Below, one piece after another: positions 30,682 to 41,280 of a stretch of DNA of 64,000 bases. The DNA comes from Myxococcales bacterium (GTDB lineage Bacteria; Myxococcota_A; Polyangia; Polyangiales; DASUME01). Position 1 is the stretch's first letter. Every line of letters begins with the position of its first letter. A program made the translations under genes and the position numbers. A model generated the notes under the pieces. The model was given only the letters and a program-made list of their open reading frames with translations, was not told the DNA's origin and did no database searches. The stretch spans positions 2,688,001 through 2,752,000 of the forward strand of contig JASGJH010000001.1 of assembly GCA_047601445.1 (NCBI GenBank). Reading direction: 5' to 3'.

Positions 30682-32342
30682 GGCTTGTCTCCGTTGTGCG
30701 CGCCGGCCGAGCCGCGCGCTTCGACTGCGCCCTCGCCGGACGCGAACTGCTTTTGCTGAACCGAAAGGTCGTACGAGTTGACCGAGAGCATGCGGGCCGT
30801 GTCGTCCTCATTGCTGTCGCGGAGCTTGGCGTCGTAGGCGGCCAAGAACGCGTCCACGGACGGGTTCATCTTCTCGAGGAAGAGGTTGGGGAACACGCCG
30901 AGCACGAAGATCAGCGCGATGAGCGGTGCGAGCACGGACAACTCACGCTTGCCCACGTCGGCCAGCTCCTGGTTCTCGGGGTTCTCGTTGGGGCCCCAGA
31001 ACATCCGCAGGGTGGCGTGCAGCATGTACACGGCCGCCAGGATCACGCCGGTGGCCGCGAACAGCGTGAAGAAGAAGGCCGAAGGCAGCTTCTGCGAGAT
31101 GTAAGTCCCGTTGAGGATCATGAACTCGCCGATGAAGCCGTTGGTGGCCGGCAGGCCCACCGAGCTCATCGCGACGATCACGAAGAGCAACGTGTAGAGC
31201 GGCATCACCTTGGCAAGGCCGCCGAACTCACTGAGCAGGCGCGTGTGACGACGCTCGTAGATCACGCCGACCAACAAGAAGAGTGCGCCGGTGGAGATGC
31301 CGTGGTTGACCATCTGCAAGATGGCTCCGCCCACGCCCTGACGGGTGACCGACACGATGCCCAGCATCACGAAGCCCAAGTGGCTCACCGAGCTGTAGGC
31401 CACCAGTTTCTTCACGTCGCGCTGCACCCAGGCGCAGTAGGCGCCGTAGATGATGCCGATGACCGACAACACGGCCAGCGTCGGCGCGAAGCTGTGGGCC
31501 GCCAGCGGGAACAGCGGCATGGCGAAGCGGATGAAGCCGTAGGTACCCATCTTCAGCAGCACAGCCGCCAGAATCACCGAGCCACCCGTGGGCGCCTGCA
31601 CGTGCGCGTCGGGCAACCAGGTGTGGAAGGGGAACATCGGCACCTTGATGGCGAAGGCCAGCGCGAAGGCTCCGAACAGGAACATCTGGGCGTTGCGCGG
31701 CAGCACGATGCCCTGGAGCACCGTGAGGTCGAAGCTGTAGTTGCCCGTGATGTTCTTGTAGGCCGTGACCACGTAGAGGATGGCCACGAACATCAGCAGG
31801 CTGCCGACCATCGTGTAGAGGAAGAACTTGATCGAGGCGTAGATGCGGTCCTGACCGCCCCAGATGCCGATGATGAAGTACATCGGCACCAGCATCAGCT
31901 CCCAGAACACGTAGAACACGAACAGGTCGAGGATCACGAAGGCGCCGACCATGAAGGCTTCCAGGAACAGGAAGCAGAGCGCGAACTCCTTCACCTTCGT
32001 GGTCACGCTGGTCCACGAGGCGTAGAGCGCCACGGGCGTCATGAAAGTGGTGAGCAGCACCAGCCACAGGGAGATGCCGTCGATTCCCACGCGGTAGGAG
32101 ATACCGAAGCTCTCCACCAGGGGGTACGCCGCCGAGAACTGATAGGCCGAGCCGGTGTAGTCACCGGTCAAGACGTGCAGCGAGATGACGAACTCGAGCA
32201 GCATCACCGCGAGCGAGATGCCGCGGATGGCGCCGACGCTCTGGCGCGGCGTGAAGAGAATGGCGAGGGCACCCAGGAAGGGGACCGCGATCAGCCACGA
32301 GAGCACGGTCACGTCGAAGTAGGAGGAAATCGTTTCCATCAC
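30678..32342 (-). CDS. nuoM: NADH-quinone oxidoreductase subunit M
   Basis: FYVFWE and KVPMFPFHTWLPDAH motifs. Confidence 0.97.
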   Translation of the reverse strand: MMETISSYFDVTVLSWLIAVPFLGALAILFTPRQSVGAIRGISLAVMLLEFVISLHVLTGDYTGSAYQFSAAYPLVESFGISYRVGIDGISLWLVLLTTFMTPVALYASWTSVTTKVKEFALCFLFLEAFMVGAFVILDLFVFYVFWELMLVPMYFIIGIWGGQDRIYASIKFFLYTMVGSLLMFVAILYVVTAYKNITGNYSFDLTVLQGIVLPRNAQMFLFGAFALAFAIKVPMFPFHTWLPDAHVQAPTGGSVILAAVLLKMGTYGFIRFAMPLFPLAAHSFAPTLAVLSVIGIIYGAYCAWVQRDVKKLVAYSSVSHLGFVMLGIVSVTRQGVGGAILQMVNHGISTGALFLLVGVIYERRHTRLLSEFGGLAKVMPLYTLLFVIVAMSSVGLPATNGFIGEFMILNGTYISQKLPSAFFFTLFAATGVILAAVYMLHATLRMFWGPNENPENQELADVGKRELSVLAPLIALIFVLGVFPNLFLEKMNPSVDAFLAAYDAKLRDSNEDDTARMLSVNSYDLSVQQKQFASGEGAVEARGSAGAHNGDKP

Positions 32343-35041
32343 TGCTGCTCCCCACGCTGGGCGAACTTTTCGTCACTCGATTCCACCGCGCGTGCGGCGC
32401 GGCGTCCCGGGCGCACTTCGATGACCACCTGCTCGGACGTGGTGGCCACGTTGCCGAACACGCTGCGGACCGCCAGGGTGCTCTGCACCACCGCGTCCAC
32501 GCGGACCTTGGCGTACTCGCCGAAGCGCAGCGTCGAGCCAGGCTCCACCTCGACCTCGTCGCCCGGTGCCGCCACGTTGTTCACGCGCAGATCCGAGGCG
32601 CCGGGGCGCACGAAGAGCTTGCCGCGACTGAAACGCACGCTGGGCGGAGTGTGCGAGTGCGGGTTGGTCCGCCAGCCGTCACCGAGGTGACTCGTGCTGA
32701 TGGGCGTCCAAAGTTCTTCGTCCGGCGTGATCGGGCTGAGACGCGGCCCGACGCCGTGGGTCGCAGCGTCGTCGAGGCGCAGCGAATAGGGTCCACGATG
32801 GCGACCGGCTGCCTCCACCAGGGTGAGCTCGAGCTGCTTGGCCTGCTCGAGCTTGTAGGCATAGCTGGCGTCGCGCGCGTCTTTGCTCCACTCGGTGTCG
32901 AACTCACCGTCCGAGTCGAAGTCCCAGCGGTACTCGTAACCGAGGCCCGGGCCCGCCACGAAGTGCACGGCGTCGCCCTTGACGGCGGTGTCGATGTGCG
33001 GGTGCGGATAGAGCACCCACCAGGTGAGCCCAACCAGGCCCGCCGCCATCGCCGTGCCGTAGGCGTGCACGACGCCGTTTTGCAGGCGCGTGAACAACCA
33101 GCCGGCCAACTTGATGCTGCCCGCGGTGACCTTGGTGAGGCCATCGACGGCGATGCGATCCACGTTGCCCGAGAGCTTCGCGATGGCCGTGAGAGGACCC
33201 ACGATGATGACCTGATAGAGCTCGTCCACGCGCCACTTGTCCATGAGCAGCTGGTGGAAGGGCGACAGCGTCTCTGCGGAGTGCCAGGCTTTGTCCTTGT
33301 ACATGGACCAGGCCAGACCGATGCCACCGAGCCCTGCAATCGTGCCCACGACGGCGGCGATGATGCCGCTGTTCATGTCGTGATGGTGCTCTTCGGCGCC
33401 CGGGATGGTGGCCACCACGCCGTGGAGCCACTCGTTCCAGAAATCCGGTAGATGCGCCCAGGCGGGCATGCCCAGGAAGCCGACGGCGATTGCGCCAACC
33501 GCCAGGATGATCAGCGGCCAGGCCATCGGTGCTTCGGACTCGTGCGGCTCGGCATGGTGACCGTGATCGTCATGCCCATGGTCTTCGTGGCCGTGGCCAT
33601 GACCGTGCCCACCGCGGAACTCACCGGTGAAGGTGAGGAAGTACAGGCGGAACATGTAGAAGGCGGTCCCGAACGCGCACAGGGCGAGCGCCCCGAAGAT
33701 CGCCTGGCCAAGCCACGGCGCGGACTCGAAGTACTCACCCGCGGTCCACGCTCCGTGCAGGATCATGTCCTTGGAGAAGAAGCCGCTGGTCAGGGGGAAG
33801 CCGGCGATTGCACCGCAGCTAATCAGGAACGTCGCATTGGTGATCGGCATCCACTTCTTCATGCCGCCGAGGTCGTTCAGGTCGGCGTCGCCGTGTGCGT
33901 GCACCGCGTGCATCACGCTGCCGGCGCCGAGGAACAAGCAGGCCTTGAAGAAGGCGTGCGTGAACACGTGGAAGATACCGGCCGAGAAGGCGCCCACGCC
34001 CACCGCGGCGAACATGAAGCCGAGCTGGCTCACCGTGGAGTACGCCAGCACCTTCTTGAGCTGGTTCTGCACCAACGCGATCGAGGCCGCGACCACCGCA
34101 GTGAGCGTGCCCACGATGGTGATGACCGCCATCGCCGTCGGCGACTGCACGAACACCGGGGACAGGCGGCACGCCAGGTACACGCCGGAGGTCACCATGG
34201 TGGCCGCGTGGATGAGCGCGGAGACCGGGGTGGGACCCGCCATGGCGTCCGGCAGCCAGATGTAGAGCGGAATCTGCGCGCTCTTGCCGGTGCAGCCCAG
34301 GAACAGGAAAAGCACCGCGATGGTCGCGATGCTGAACTCGGCCTGCATCGGGCCGAACGAGAACGGAGCCGCCAGGCCGGGCGCTGCGCGGTTGATCTCG
34401 GTGAACTCGAAGGAACCGGTCGCGGCGAGCAGGATGAACATGCCCATCAGCACGCCGAAGTCACCGATGCGGTTGACGATGAAGGCCTTCTTGCCTGCCG
34501 CCGCGTAGGTGGGGTTCTCGAACCAGAAGCCGATCAGCAGATAGCTGCAGAGGCCCACGCCTTCCCAACCCACGAACATCAGCGGGATGTTGCTGGCCAG
34601 GATCAGGATCAACATCGAGGCCATGAACAGGTTCAAGTACGAGAAGAAGCGAGCGTAGCTGGCCTCCTCACTCATGTACCCGGTGCTGTAGATATGGATC
34701 AACAGGCCGATGCCCGTGACCATCACCAGCATGATCCCGCTCAGGGCATCCACCGTGAATCGCACGTTGATGGGCACGGTGCGCCCGTCGGCGAGCGCCA
34801 CGCTGAACCACTCGTAGGCCTGGTAGGTGATGGCCCCGTCGCCGTGCTCGCCATGGACGCCCATCAGCTTTGCGAACGTCAGGAGCGCCAGCACGAAGGA
34901 GATCGCCACCGAGCCCAGGGCGATGAAGGAGACGACCTTCTTATCGGTCTTGAAGAAGCAGCCGCCGATGCCGTTCAGCGCCGCGCCGATCAGGGGCGCC
35001 AGCACGATCGCGAGCAGGAGGCCATCGTTGAACCAATCCAT
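32339..35041 (-). CDS. nuoL: NADH-quinone oxidoreductase subunit L with ~220-aa C-terminal extension
   Basis: GKSAQIPLYIWLPDAMAGPTPVSALIHAATMV; 900 aa in total. Confidence 0.97.
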   Translation of the reverse strand: MDWFNDGLLLAIVLAPLIGAALNGIGGCFFKTDKKVVSFIALGSVAISFVLALLTFAKLMGVHGEHGDGAITYQAYEWFSVALADGRTVPINVRFTVDALSGIMLVMVTGIGLLIHIYSTGYMSEEASYARFFSYLNLFMASMLILILASNIPLMFVGWEGVGLCSYLLIGFWFENPTYAAAGKKAFIVNRIGDFGVLMGMFILLAATGSFEFTEINRAAPGLAAPFSFGPMQAEFSIATIAVLFLFLGCTGKSAQIPLYIWLPDAMAGPTPVSALIHAATMVTSGVYLACRLSPVFVQSPTAMAVITIVGTLTAVVAASIALVQNQLKKVLAYSTVSQLGFMFAAVGVGAFSAGIFHVFTHAFFKACLFLGAGSVMHAVHAHGDADLNDLGGMKKWMPITNATFLISCGAIAGFPLTSGFFSKDMILHGAWTAGEYFESAPWLGQAIFGALALCAFGTAFYMFRLYFLTFTGEFRGGHGHGHGHEDHGHDDHGHHAEPHESEAPMAWPLIILAVGAIAVGFLGMPAWAHLPDFWNEWLHGVVATIPGAEEHHHDMNSGIIAAVVGTIAGLGGIGLAWSMYKDKAWHSAETLSPFHQLLMDKWRVDELYQVIIVGPLTAIAKLSGNVDRIAVDGLTKVTAGSIKLAGWLFTRLQNGVVHAYGTAMAAGLVGLTWWVLYPHPHIDTAVKGDAVHFVAGPGLGYEYRWDFDSDGEFDTEWSKDARDASYAYKLEQAKQLELTLVEAAGRHRGPYSLRLDDAATHGVGPRLSPITPDEELWTPISTSHLGDGWRTNPHSHTPPSVRFSRGKLFVRPGASDLRVNNVAAPGDEVEVEPGSTLRFGEYAKVRVDAVVQSTLAVRSVFGNVATTSEQVVIEVRPGRRAARAVESSDEKFAQRGEQQ

Positions 35042-35052
35042 GGGTGGTCGTC

Positions 35053-35358
35053 CTAGTGCTTCAAGAGGTTGGCGTCGTCCGTGTTCACGGACTTGCGAAG
35101 ACGATAGAGGCTGATGACGATGGCGAGACCCACCGCCGCTTCAGCGGCTGCCACGGCGATCACGAAGAAGGCGAACAGCTGCCCCGCGTGCGTGCTCGGC
35201 ATGTAGCGATTGAAGGCCACCAGCGTGAGGTTCACCGAGTTCAGCATGAGCTCGATGGACATCAGCTGAATCAGCACGTTGCGGCGGATGAGGAAGCCCA
35301 TGGAGCCGATGCCGAACAACAGCGCCGAGAGCACGAGGTAATGTCCGAGACCAATCAC
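35053..35358 (-). CDS. nuoK: NADH-quinone oxidoreductase subunit K
   Basis: MSIELMLN and [11 protein letters not shown] motifs; GTG start. Confidence 0.96.
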   Translation of the reverse strand: MIGLGHYLVLSALLFGIGSMGFLIRRNVLIQLMSIELMLNSVNLTLVAFNRYMPSTHAGQLFAFFVIAVAAAEAAVGLAIVISLYRLRKSVNTDDANLLKH

Positions 35359-35374
35359 TGGATTGCCCCTTCCT

Positions 35375-35995
35375 TCACTGCCCCGGAGAAGCCGAAGCTT
35401 CCGCGGAAAGACGAGCCGACTCTGCCTGCGCACGCTCGGCCTTGAGGCGAGCGGCCTCCTTCACCGTGCGGCCACGCGCCACGGCGATGGCGCCCAAGAT
35501 CGCGACCAGAAGCAGGATGGAGACCAGCTCGAAGGGCACGGCCGCATTCCTGTAGAGGACGTTGGCGATGGCCTTCACGCCACCGAACTGGCTGCACTCC
35601 GCCACGCCCTCGTCGCATCCGGCGATGATCGGCGCGTCGGGCATCATGTGTCCGACACCGCCGGCCACGCTGACGGCCACGGCGCCCATCAAGCACAGCG
35701 ACAGCACTTTGGCTACGCCGCCCTTGAAGCCCTTGGTCTCCGACTCCTCCTGCGAGGGGCCGATCAACATGATGACGAACACGAACAAGACCACCACCGC
35801 GCCCGCGTACACGATGAGCTGCATCGCGGCGAGCAAGTGGGCGTGCAAGGTCAGGTAGATGGCTGCCAGCGACAGGATGTGTGTCAGCAAGGCCATCGCC
35901 GCGCGGATCGGCGTGCGCGATGCGATGGTGCCGCAGGCGCTCAGCACGGCGACCGTGGCACAGATGGCGAAGAAAACGGTTCCAGCGGAGCTCAT
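35375..35995 (-). CDS. nuoJ: NADH-quinone oxidoreductase subunit J
   Basis: [19 protein letters not shown] and [10 protein letters not shown] motifs. Confidence 0.96.
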   Translation of the reverse strand: MSSAGTVFFAICATVAVLSACGTIASRTPIRAAMALLTHILSLAAIYLTLHAHLLAAMQLIVYAGAVVVLFVFVIMLIGPSQEESETKGFKGGVAKVLSLCLMGAVAVSVAGGVGHMMPDAPIIAGCDEGVAECSQFGGVKAIANVLYRNAAVPFELVSILLLVAILGAIAVARGRTVKEAARLKAERAQAESARLSAEASASPGQ

Positions 35996-37371
35996 GCGGC
36001 CCTCCCAGACAGCAGCGCCTTCACGCTCTCATCGAGCCGCACGCTGCCCACGCCGCCGTTCTTGGCGACGGCGATGAACTCATCGCGGTACTTGCGCACG
36101 AAGGCCAGCATCGGCATCGCAGTGCCATCGGCGAGCGCGCAGATGGTGTTGCCCATCATGTTGTTGGAGATGTCGACCAGCAGGTCCACGTCCGCCACGC
36201 TGCCCTGGCCCGTGCAGACCTTCTTGAGCACGTCGAACAGCCAACCCGTGCCTTCGCGACAGGGCGTGCACTGACCGCACGACTCGTGCGCGTAGAAGCG
36301 CATCAGATTGCGCGCTGCGTCCACCATGTTCACCGAGCTGTCCATCACGATGGCGCAGCAGGTGCCGAGCATGGTGCCGAGACCACGCATGGTGTCCACG
36401 CCCATGGGCACATCGATGTGGCTCATGCCGTGCCACTTGTGCAGCGGGTGCTTGTCGTCCGGGGCGTGCACGATGTCGTCGGGACGCAGGACCGGGGTAG
36501 ACGAGCCGCCAGGGATGACCCCCTTGAGCGGTCGGTTGTCGTGCAGCATGCCGCCAGCGAAGTCGTAGATCATCTCGCGCAGGGTCAGCCCCACGGGCCC
36601 CTCGAAGACGCCCGGCTTCTTCACGTGACCGCTCACGCCGTAGAGGCGCGTGCCGCCGTCGTTGGGCAAGCGGCTGAGCTTGGACCAGGCATCCCCGCCC
36701 ATCTTCACGATGTCGGGCACGGAGGCGATGGTCTCCACGTTGTTGACGATGGTGGGTGCCCCGAAGGCGCCGGACACGGCGGGGAACGGCGGCTTGAGGC
36801 GAGGTTCGCCGCGCTTGCCCTCGAGGGAGTTCAAGAGCGCGGTCTCCTCACCGCAGATGTACGCGCCGGCACCCGGGTGGGTGAAGATTTCGATGGAGTG
36901 ATTGATTCCGAAGGGGCGTGCGCCGAGGTAGCCCTTGGCTCGAGCCTCCTCGATCGCGGCGTCCAAGCGGGCGATCGACTTGACCAGCTCGCAGCGCACG
37001 TAGATGTAACAGACGTTCGCGCCGATCGCGTGGCAGGCGATGATGCAGCCCTCGATGAGCCGGTGCGGATCGAGCTCCATGATGGTGCGATCCTTGAAGG
37101 TCCCGGGCTCGCCTTCGTCGGCGTTGATCACCAGGTACGGCTTCACGCCCTCACGCTTGGCCAAGAAGCTCCACTTCATGCCCGCCGGGAAGCCGGCGCC
37201 CCCACGACCGCGAATGTTGGCAGCCTTGACCTCCGCCGCGATCTGCTCCGGCTTGAGCTGAAGCAGGGCACGTCGCGCGGTGGCGTAGGCCCCTGCCTGC
37301 TCGGCCACGGCGATCGTGTGACTGTTGGGGAGGCCGTAGCGGTCCGTGAGGATCTTCTGGAATTCCGCCAT
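35992..37371 (-). CDS. nuoF: NADH-quinone oxidoreductase subunit F
   Basis: GRGGAGF, GAYICGEET and ESCGQCTPCREG motifs. Confidence 0.98.
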   Translation of the reverse strand: MAEFQKILTDRYGLPNSHTIAVAEQAGAYATARRALLQLKPEQIAAEVKAANIRGRGGAGFPAGMKWSFLAKREGVKPYLVINADEGEPGTFKDRTIMELDPHRLIEGCIIACHAIGANVCYIYVRCELVKSIARLDAAIEEARAKGYLGARPFGINHSIEIFTHPGAGAYICGEETALLNSLEGKRGEPRLKPPFPAVSGAFGAPTIVNNVETIASVPDIVKMGGDAWSKLSRLPNDGGTRLYGVSGHVKKPGVFEGPVGLTLREMIYDFAGGMLHDNRPLKGVIPGGSSTPVLRPDDIVHAPDDKHPLHKWHGMSHIDVPMGVDTMRGLGTMLGTCCAIVMDSSVNMVDAARNLMRFYAHESCGQCTPCREGTGWLFDVLKKVCTGQGSVADVDLLVDISNNMMGNTICALADGTAMPMLAFVRKYRDEFIAVAKNGGVGSVRLDESVKALLSGRAA

Positions 37372-37374
37372 CGG

Positions 37375-37887
37375 TCAGTCCTCTGCGTGCGCCGCGTCGC
37401 TCGCGGGCGTCTTCTGAGCGTACTCGGAGATGATTTGGTCGAGTTTCTCGAGCGTAAGGTTCTCGTAAAACTCGTCGTTGATCTGGACCATCGGCGCCTG
37501 GCCGCAGGCGGCCAGACATTCGGCCTTCTTCAGCGTGAACTTGCCGTCGCGGCTGGTCTCGCCGGCGTGGCAGCCGAACTTCTTCTCGAGGTGCTCCTGG
37601 ACGATCTTGCCGCCGCGCAGATCGCAGGAAAGCGTGCGACAGACCCAGACCACGTTCGGGGCCACCGGCTCCTGGTGGAAGCTCGTGTAGAACGTGACCA
37701 CGCCCTGCACCTGCGACGTCGTCATGCCGAGCTTGTTTGCCACGAAGGCGATGACCTCCGGCGACACCCAACCCAGCTGCTGCTGACACAAGTGCAGGAT
37801 CGGAATGCACGCTGCGCGGGGTACGGGGTAACGCTTGATCAGCCTCTCGGCCGCTTCTTCTCGATCAGGGGTGAGCGTGAATGCCAT
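37375..37887 (-). CDS. nuoE: NADH-quinone oxidoreductase subunit E
   Basis: CRTLSC and ECLAAC 2Fe-2S ligands. Confidence 0.96.
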   Translation of the reverse strand: MAFTLTPDREEAAERLIKRYPVPRAACIPILHLCQQQLGWVSPEVIAFVANKLGMTTSQVQGVVTFYTSFHQEPVAPNVVWVCRTLSCDLRGGKIVQEHLEKKFGCHAGETSRDGKFTLKKAECLAACGQAPMVQINDEFYENLTLEKLDQIISEYAQKTPASDAAHAED

Positions 37888-38221
37888 GGCCTCGTGCCTG
37901 CCCGAAAGGGCGCCAGAAAAAGCCGCGAAACGGAGCGCGCCAGCGCGCGCGAGACACACGCCAGACGCTTGCCCGACGCACCAAGAAACGCCTCGGCCCA
38001 ACATGCACACAAAGGGGGCGTCCTGGCGCGCGAGACGCTAGGCCTCTGCACATCCCCTGTCAAGCTCAGGGGCGCGATCTCATTGAGGTCTGGGCGCACA
38101 TCTAGATTTCCCCGACGGGTACTTTCGACTAAGCTGCGGGCCAGGTCGTGGGGCACTGCTCGGCAGGCGCGCGCGTGCCTGTGCACGCGGACCCGAACGC
38201 GACCCAACAAGGATTGGCGAG

Positions 38222-39280
38222 ATGGCGTTCTGTCCGAACTGCGGCACACCGAATACCGAGCAGGCTGCGAAGTGCGTCTCCTGTGGGTTTGAACTGGCTC
38301 CGGCTCAGAAAGCGAAGTTCAAGGGCACGATCATGATGGGTCAGGCCGTCCAGGCCCCCCAGCAGCCGCCCCAGGCGGGCCAGCAAGCCGCACCTCCTCA
38401 GAGCTCGTCTCCGGCGCCCTCGCCTTCCTCCCCCGCAGCCCCTTCGGGTCAGGCCGGACCCCGCAACATGGCGTTCGAAAAGACCATGTTGGGCCCCATG
38501 GGCGGCTCGGTGCAGGTGCCGCCGCTCGCCGCCCCACCCCCGGCCGCCGATCCGCGCGCCGAACTGGGACGTGCTGCCACGGTAGAAGGGCCTGCTCCTC
38601 AGTTCACTCCCCCGCCCCAGTCCAGCGCGAGCGGCGCCCCGGCAGCGGCGGCCGGAGGTTACGGCGCAGCTTCGACCGGCGCCGGTTACGCGACGGGTGG
38701 CGTCGGCGGCGGTGCAGCCGCTGGCTACGGCGGTGGCGGTGGCGGTTACGACGGGGACGATGGAGCCCCCCCGGCGGCGCTCCCCAAGCCCAACACCGGC
38801 AAGATCCTGGCGATCGGCTGTGCGGTGGTGCTGGTCATGAGCTGCCTGATCGGCGGCGTCATGTACTTCATGGCCAAGAAGCAGCTCTCCGCCCTGATGG
38901 GCTCCGCCCAGGACGAGACCGCCACCCTGGCCTGGCGCGGCACGCTGTCCCAGGCGCTCGGGCAGGTCTCCGCGCTGTGCGCCTCCAACTGCGAGGGCGC
39001 GGCCAACTACTTCCACCCTAGCGTCCAGGCCGCACTGCTTGGTCAGGCCAAGCAACTGACGCCCGAGCGCCTGGCCAAGCTGGTTGATCCGGCCCAGTCG
39101 CCCGCCGCCATGCTGAACACCACGGACGACGGCGCGATCGCCACCAACCTCGGCCTCGACCCCCAGCTCTGCGTGCGCATCGCCGGCGGCAACGCCAAGG
39201 TCGTCGGCTGCAGCGTGCCCAATCCCAGCGGACCGGCCGACATGCGCATCGTCCACCTGTCCGGTCTCGAAAGCCTCTGA
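38222..39280 (+). CDS. Zinc-ribbon / Pro-Gly-rich / single-TM protein
   Basis: CPNCG...CVSCG, low-complexity linker, one TM, Cys-containing outer domain. Confidence 0.8.
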   Translation: MAFCPNCGTPNTEQAAKCVSCGFELAPAQKAKFKGTIMMGQAVQAPQQPPQAGQQAAPPQSSSPAPSPSSPAAPSGQAGPRNMAFEKTMLGPMGGSVQVPPLAAPPPAADPRAELGRAATVEGPAPQFTPPPQSSASGAPAAAAGGYGAASTGAGYATGGVGGGAAAGYGGGGGGYDGDDGAPPAALPKPNTGKILAIGCAVVLVMSCLIGGVMYFMAKKQLSALMGSAQDETATLAWRGTLSQALGQVSALCASNCEGAANYFHPSVQAALLGQAKQLTPERLAKLVDPAQSPAAMLNTTDDGAIATNLGLDPQLCVRIAGGNAKVVGCSVPNPSGPADMRIVHLSGLESL

Positions 39281-39305
39281 AGCCCCGGGCGCCCGCGCGG
39301 CGCTC

Positions 39306-40634
39306 TTACTTGCCGGCCTTGTGCTCGCGATCGATCGAGATGGCGCGCAGGGTCTGGTAGGCCATTCGAGCCTGGAAGTCGTCGACGAAGGGTGCCGCGG
39401 CTGCCCCGCTGCCCGTGCGCCGTGGCTCGCTCCGCGCCTGTCCCTGCCCTTCCTGACTCGGATCCGCCTCGTTCTTGAGGTGCCCCTCCAGGCTCGCCTC
39501 GCTGAAGGCCTGTTGCTTGGCGTCGTCGGCCGCGACGGCGACCTGCTCGATGACCACGTCGGGCTCGATGCCCTGGGCCTGGATCGAGCGGCCGCTGGGC
39601 GTGTAGTAGCGTGCGACGGTGATCTTCAGAGCGCTCGCGTCGGGCAGCTCGATGATGTTCTGCACGCTGCCCTTGCCGAAGGTCCGGGTCCCCACGATGA
39701 GCGCGCGCCCGTGGTCGCCCAGCGCACCGGCCACGATCTCGGCGGCCGACGCGGTATAGCCGTTCACGAGCACCACCACGGGCCAGGTCGGCCGTGTGCC
39801 TCCTTCGCGCGCGCTCGCCACCGAGAGCTCGCGGCCGCCGCGGCCGCGCGTGCTCACGATGACCCCCGCCGGCAGGAACTCGTCCGCCACCGACACCGCC
39901 TGGTCCAAGAGGCCGCCCGGGTTGTCCCGCAAATCGAGCAGGATCCCGCGCAGACCACCCTTCTCGCGGGTGGCCGCCGTCGCCTCGTCGAGCACGTCGG
40001 CGAGCTCCCGTGTGGTGGTCTCCTGAAAGACCCGCATGCGCACGTAGAGGTGGCGATCGGCCAGAAGCTGCCCCTCCACCGCATCTACCGAGATGATCTC
40101 GCGCCTCATGCTCGCGTCGAAGGCGGGACCGTCGTCTGTGCGCCGCAGGGACACCTGGACCTCCGTACCCGGTTCCCCGCGCATACGCCGAACGGCCTCT
40201 TCGATGGGCATGTCGCGGGCGCGGTAGCTGTCGATCGTCACGAAGCGATCGCCTACCTTGACCCCAGCGCGCTCCGCCGGCCCACGCGGGAAAACAGCGG
40301 TCACGGTGAGCCAGCCGTCGCGCACGTCGATCTCCACACCCACGCCGCCGAAGCGCCCTCGCGTGTCGCTCGCGAGCACGCGGTACTCGTTCGGATCCAG
40401 GAAATCGCTGTGCGGATCGAGCGTGCGCACCATGCCGCGAATGGCCCCGTAGATGAGCTTGTCCTGGTCGACTGCGCTCACGTACGACATCTCCACATGG
40501 GCCAAAGCCCGGGCAAAAGTGCCCAAATTCTCGTAGGGACTGGCCCCTGCAGGTGCCCCCCAAGCGCGACTCGCAAGTCCTCCGATAGAGAGCGCTGCGA
40601 GCCCGAGAGACACGCCTAGAACACTGAAGCGCAC
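39306..40634 (-). CDS. ctpA: S41 family C-terminal processing protease (PDZ domain)
   Basis: LDPHS, DLRDNPGGLL, TASAAEI and GKGSVQ motifs; GTG start with GGAGG. Confidence 0.93.
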   Translation of the reverse strand: MRFSVLGVSLGLAALSIGGLASRAWGAPAGASPYENLGTFARALAHVEMSYVSAVDQDKLIYGAIRGMVRTLDPHSDFLDPNEYRVLASDTRGRFGGVGVEIDVRDGWLTVTAVFPRGPAERAGVKVGDRFVTIDSYRARDMPIEEAVRRMRGEPGTEVQVSLRRTDDGPAFDASMRREIISVDAVEGQLLADRHLYVRMRVFQETTTRELADVLDEATAATREKGGLRGILLDLRDNPGGLLDQAVSVADEFLPAGVIVSTRGRGGRELSVASAREGGTRPTWPVVVLVNGYTASAAEIVAGALGDHGRALIVGTRTFGKGSVQNIIELPDASALKITVARYYTPSGRSIQAQGIEPDVVIEQVAVAADDAKQQAFSEASLEGHLKNEADPSQEGQGQARSEPRRTGSGAAAAPFVDDFQARMAYQTLRAISIDREHKAGK

Positions 40635-40969
40635 GAAGCCTCCGACGGGGTTTTTTGCCTGCTTACGTGGAAAAACGCGCTCCACGTGAGGGGTCCACGC
40701 GCGTGCGCTGAGATCGCTCCACAGCTTGCGTCGGCGCGGTGATTGTGCGGACATAAAGAGCTTCTCCCGACTTCGATTGACAGGTACGCCTGTCGCTGGT
40801 GTACCATTCTCTCTGCGTCGTTCGTTAGCTGGGGAACGCATTCGGTGTCGTGCCGGGTGGGGCGGTGAAGGCCGGGTTCTTTGGCGGATGGCGCGACTAG
40901 ACCCTTTTACAAAATGGCGGACTTCACTACGCGGAAACCCCGCAACGCCGACTGGAGGACCCGGTGAGC

Positions 40970-41173
40970 ATGTCAGGCACCGATAAACGTAAACAGAGCC
41001 TCTACTTCCCTGAGTCCATGCTGCAGGACATCCAAAAAGAGGCTGCACGCTTGGACCGCTCGCTCTCCTGGATTGTCCAGCGGTGCGTGAAGATCGGTTT
41101 GCCCGACATCCGGAAGTTGCCGTCGGTGAACGAAATCCCCGACGACGACGTCCCCGGGGGCGCCAACATCTGA
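40970..41173 (+). CDS. Myxobacterial small protein (TIGR04563-like, ribbon-helix-helix-like)
   Basis: DKRKQSLYFPESML...EAARLDRSLSWIVQ; GGAGG upstream. Alternative GTG start at 40964. Confidence 0.85.
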   Translation: MSGTDKRKQSLYFPESMLQDIQKEAARLDRSLSWIVQRCVKIGLPDIRKLPSVNEIPDDDVPGGANI

Positions 41174-41197
41174 GGCGGTAGAAGCTTCAAACGCAAT

Positions 41198-41236
41198 CGG
41201 GCGGCTCCCCTCGCGGGTGCCGCCCGTCTGCTTTTT
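41198..41236 (+). terminator. Intrinsic terminator
   Basis: CGGGCGGC...GCCGCCCG stem followed by TCTGCTTTTT. Confidence 0.6.
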
Positions 41237-41280
41237 GGAGGTCCCGAACGCGCGCGAGCGCGCCGCGGGGAAAGCGCGCC

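Noticed and set aside
33540..33612. His-rich loop in NuoL (GHGHGHGHEDHGHDDHGHH)
   Set aside because: A common feature before the PHES motif in many NuoL proteins.
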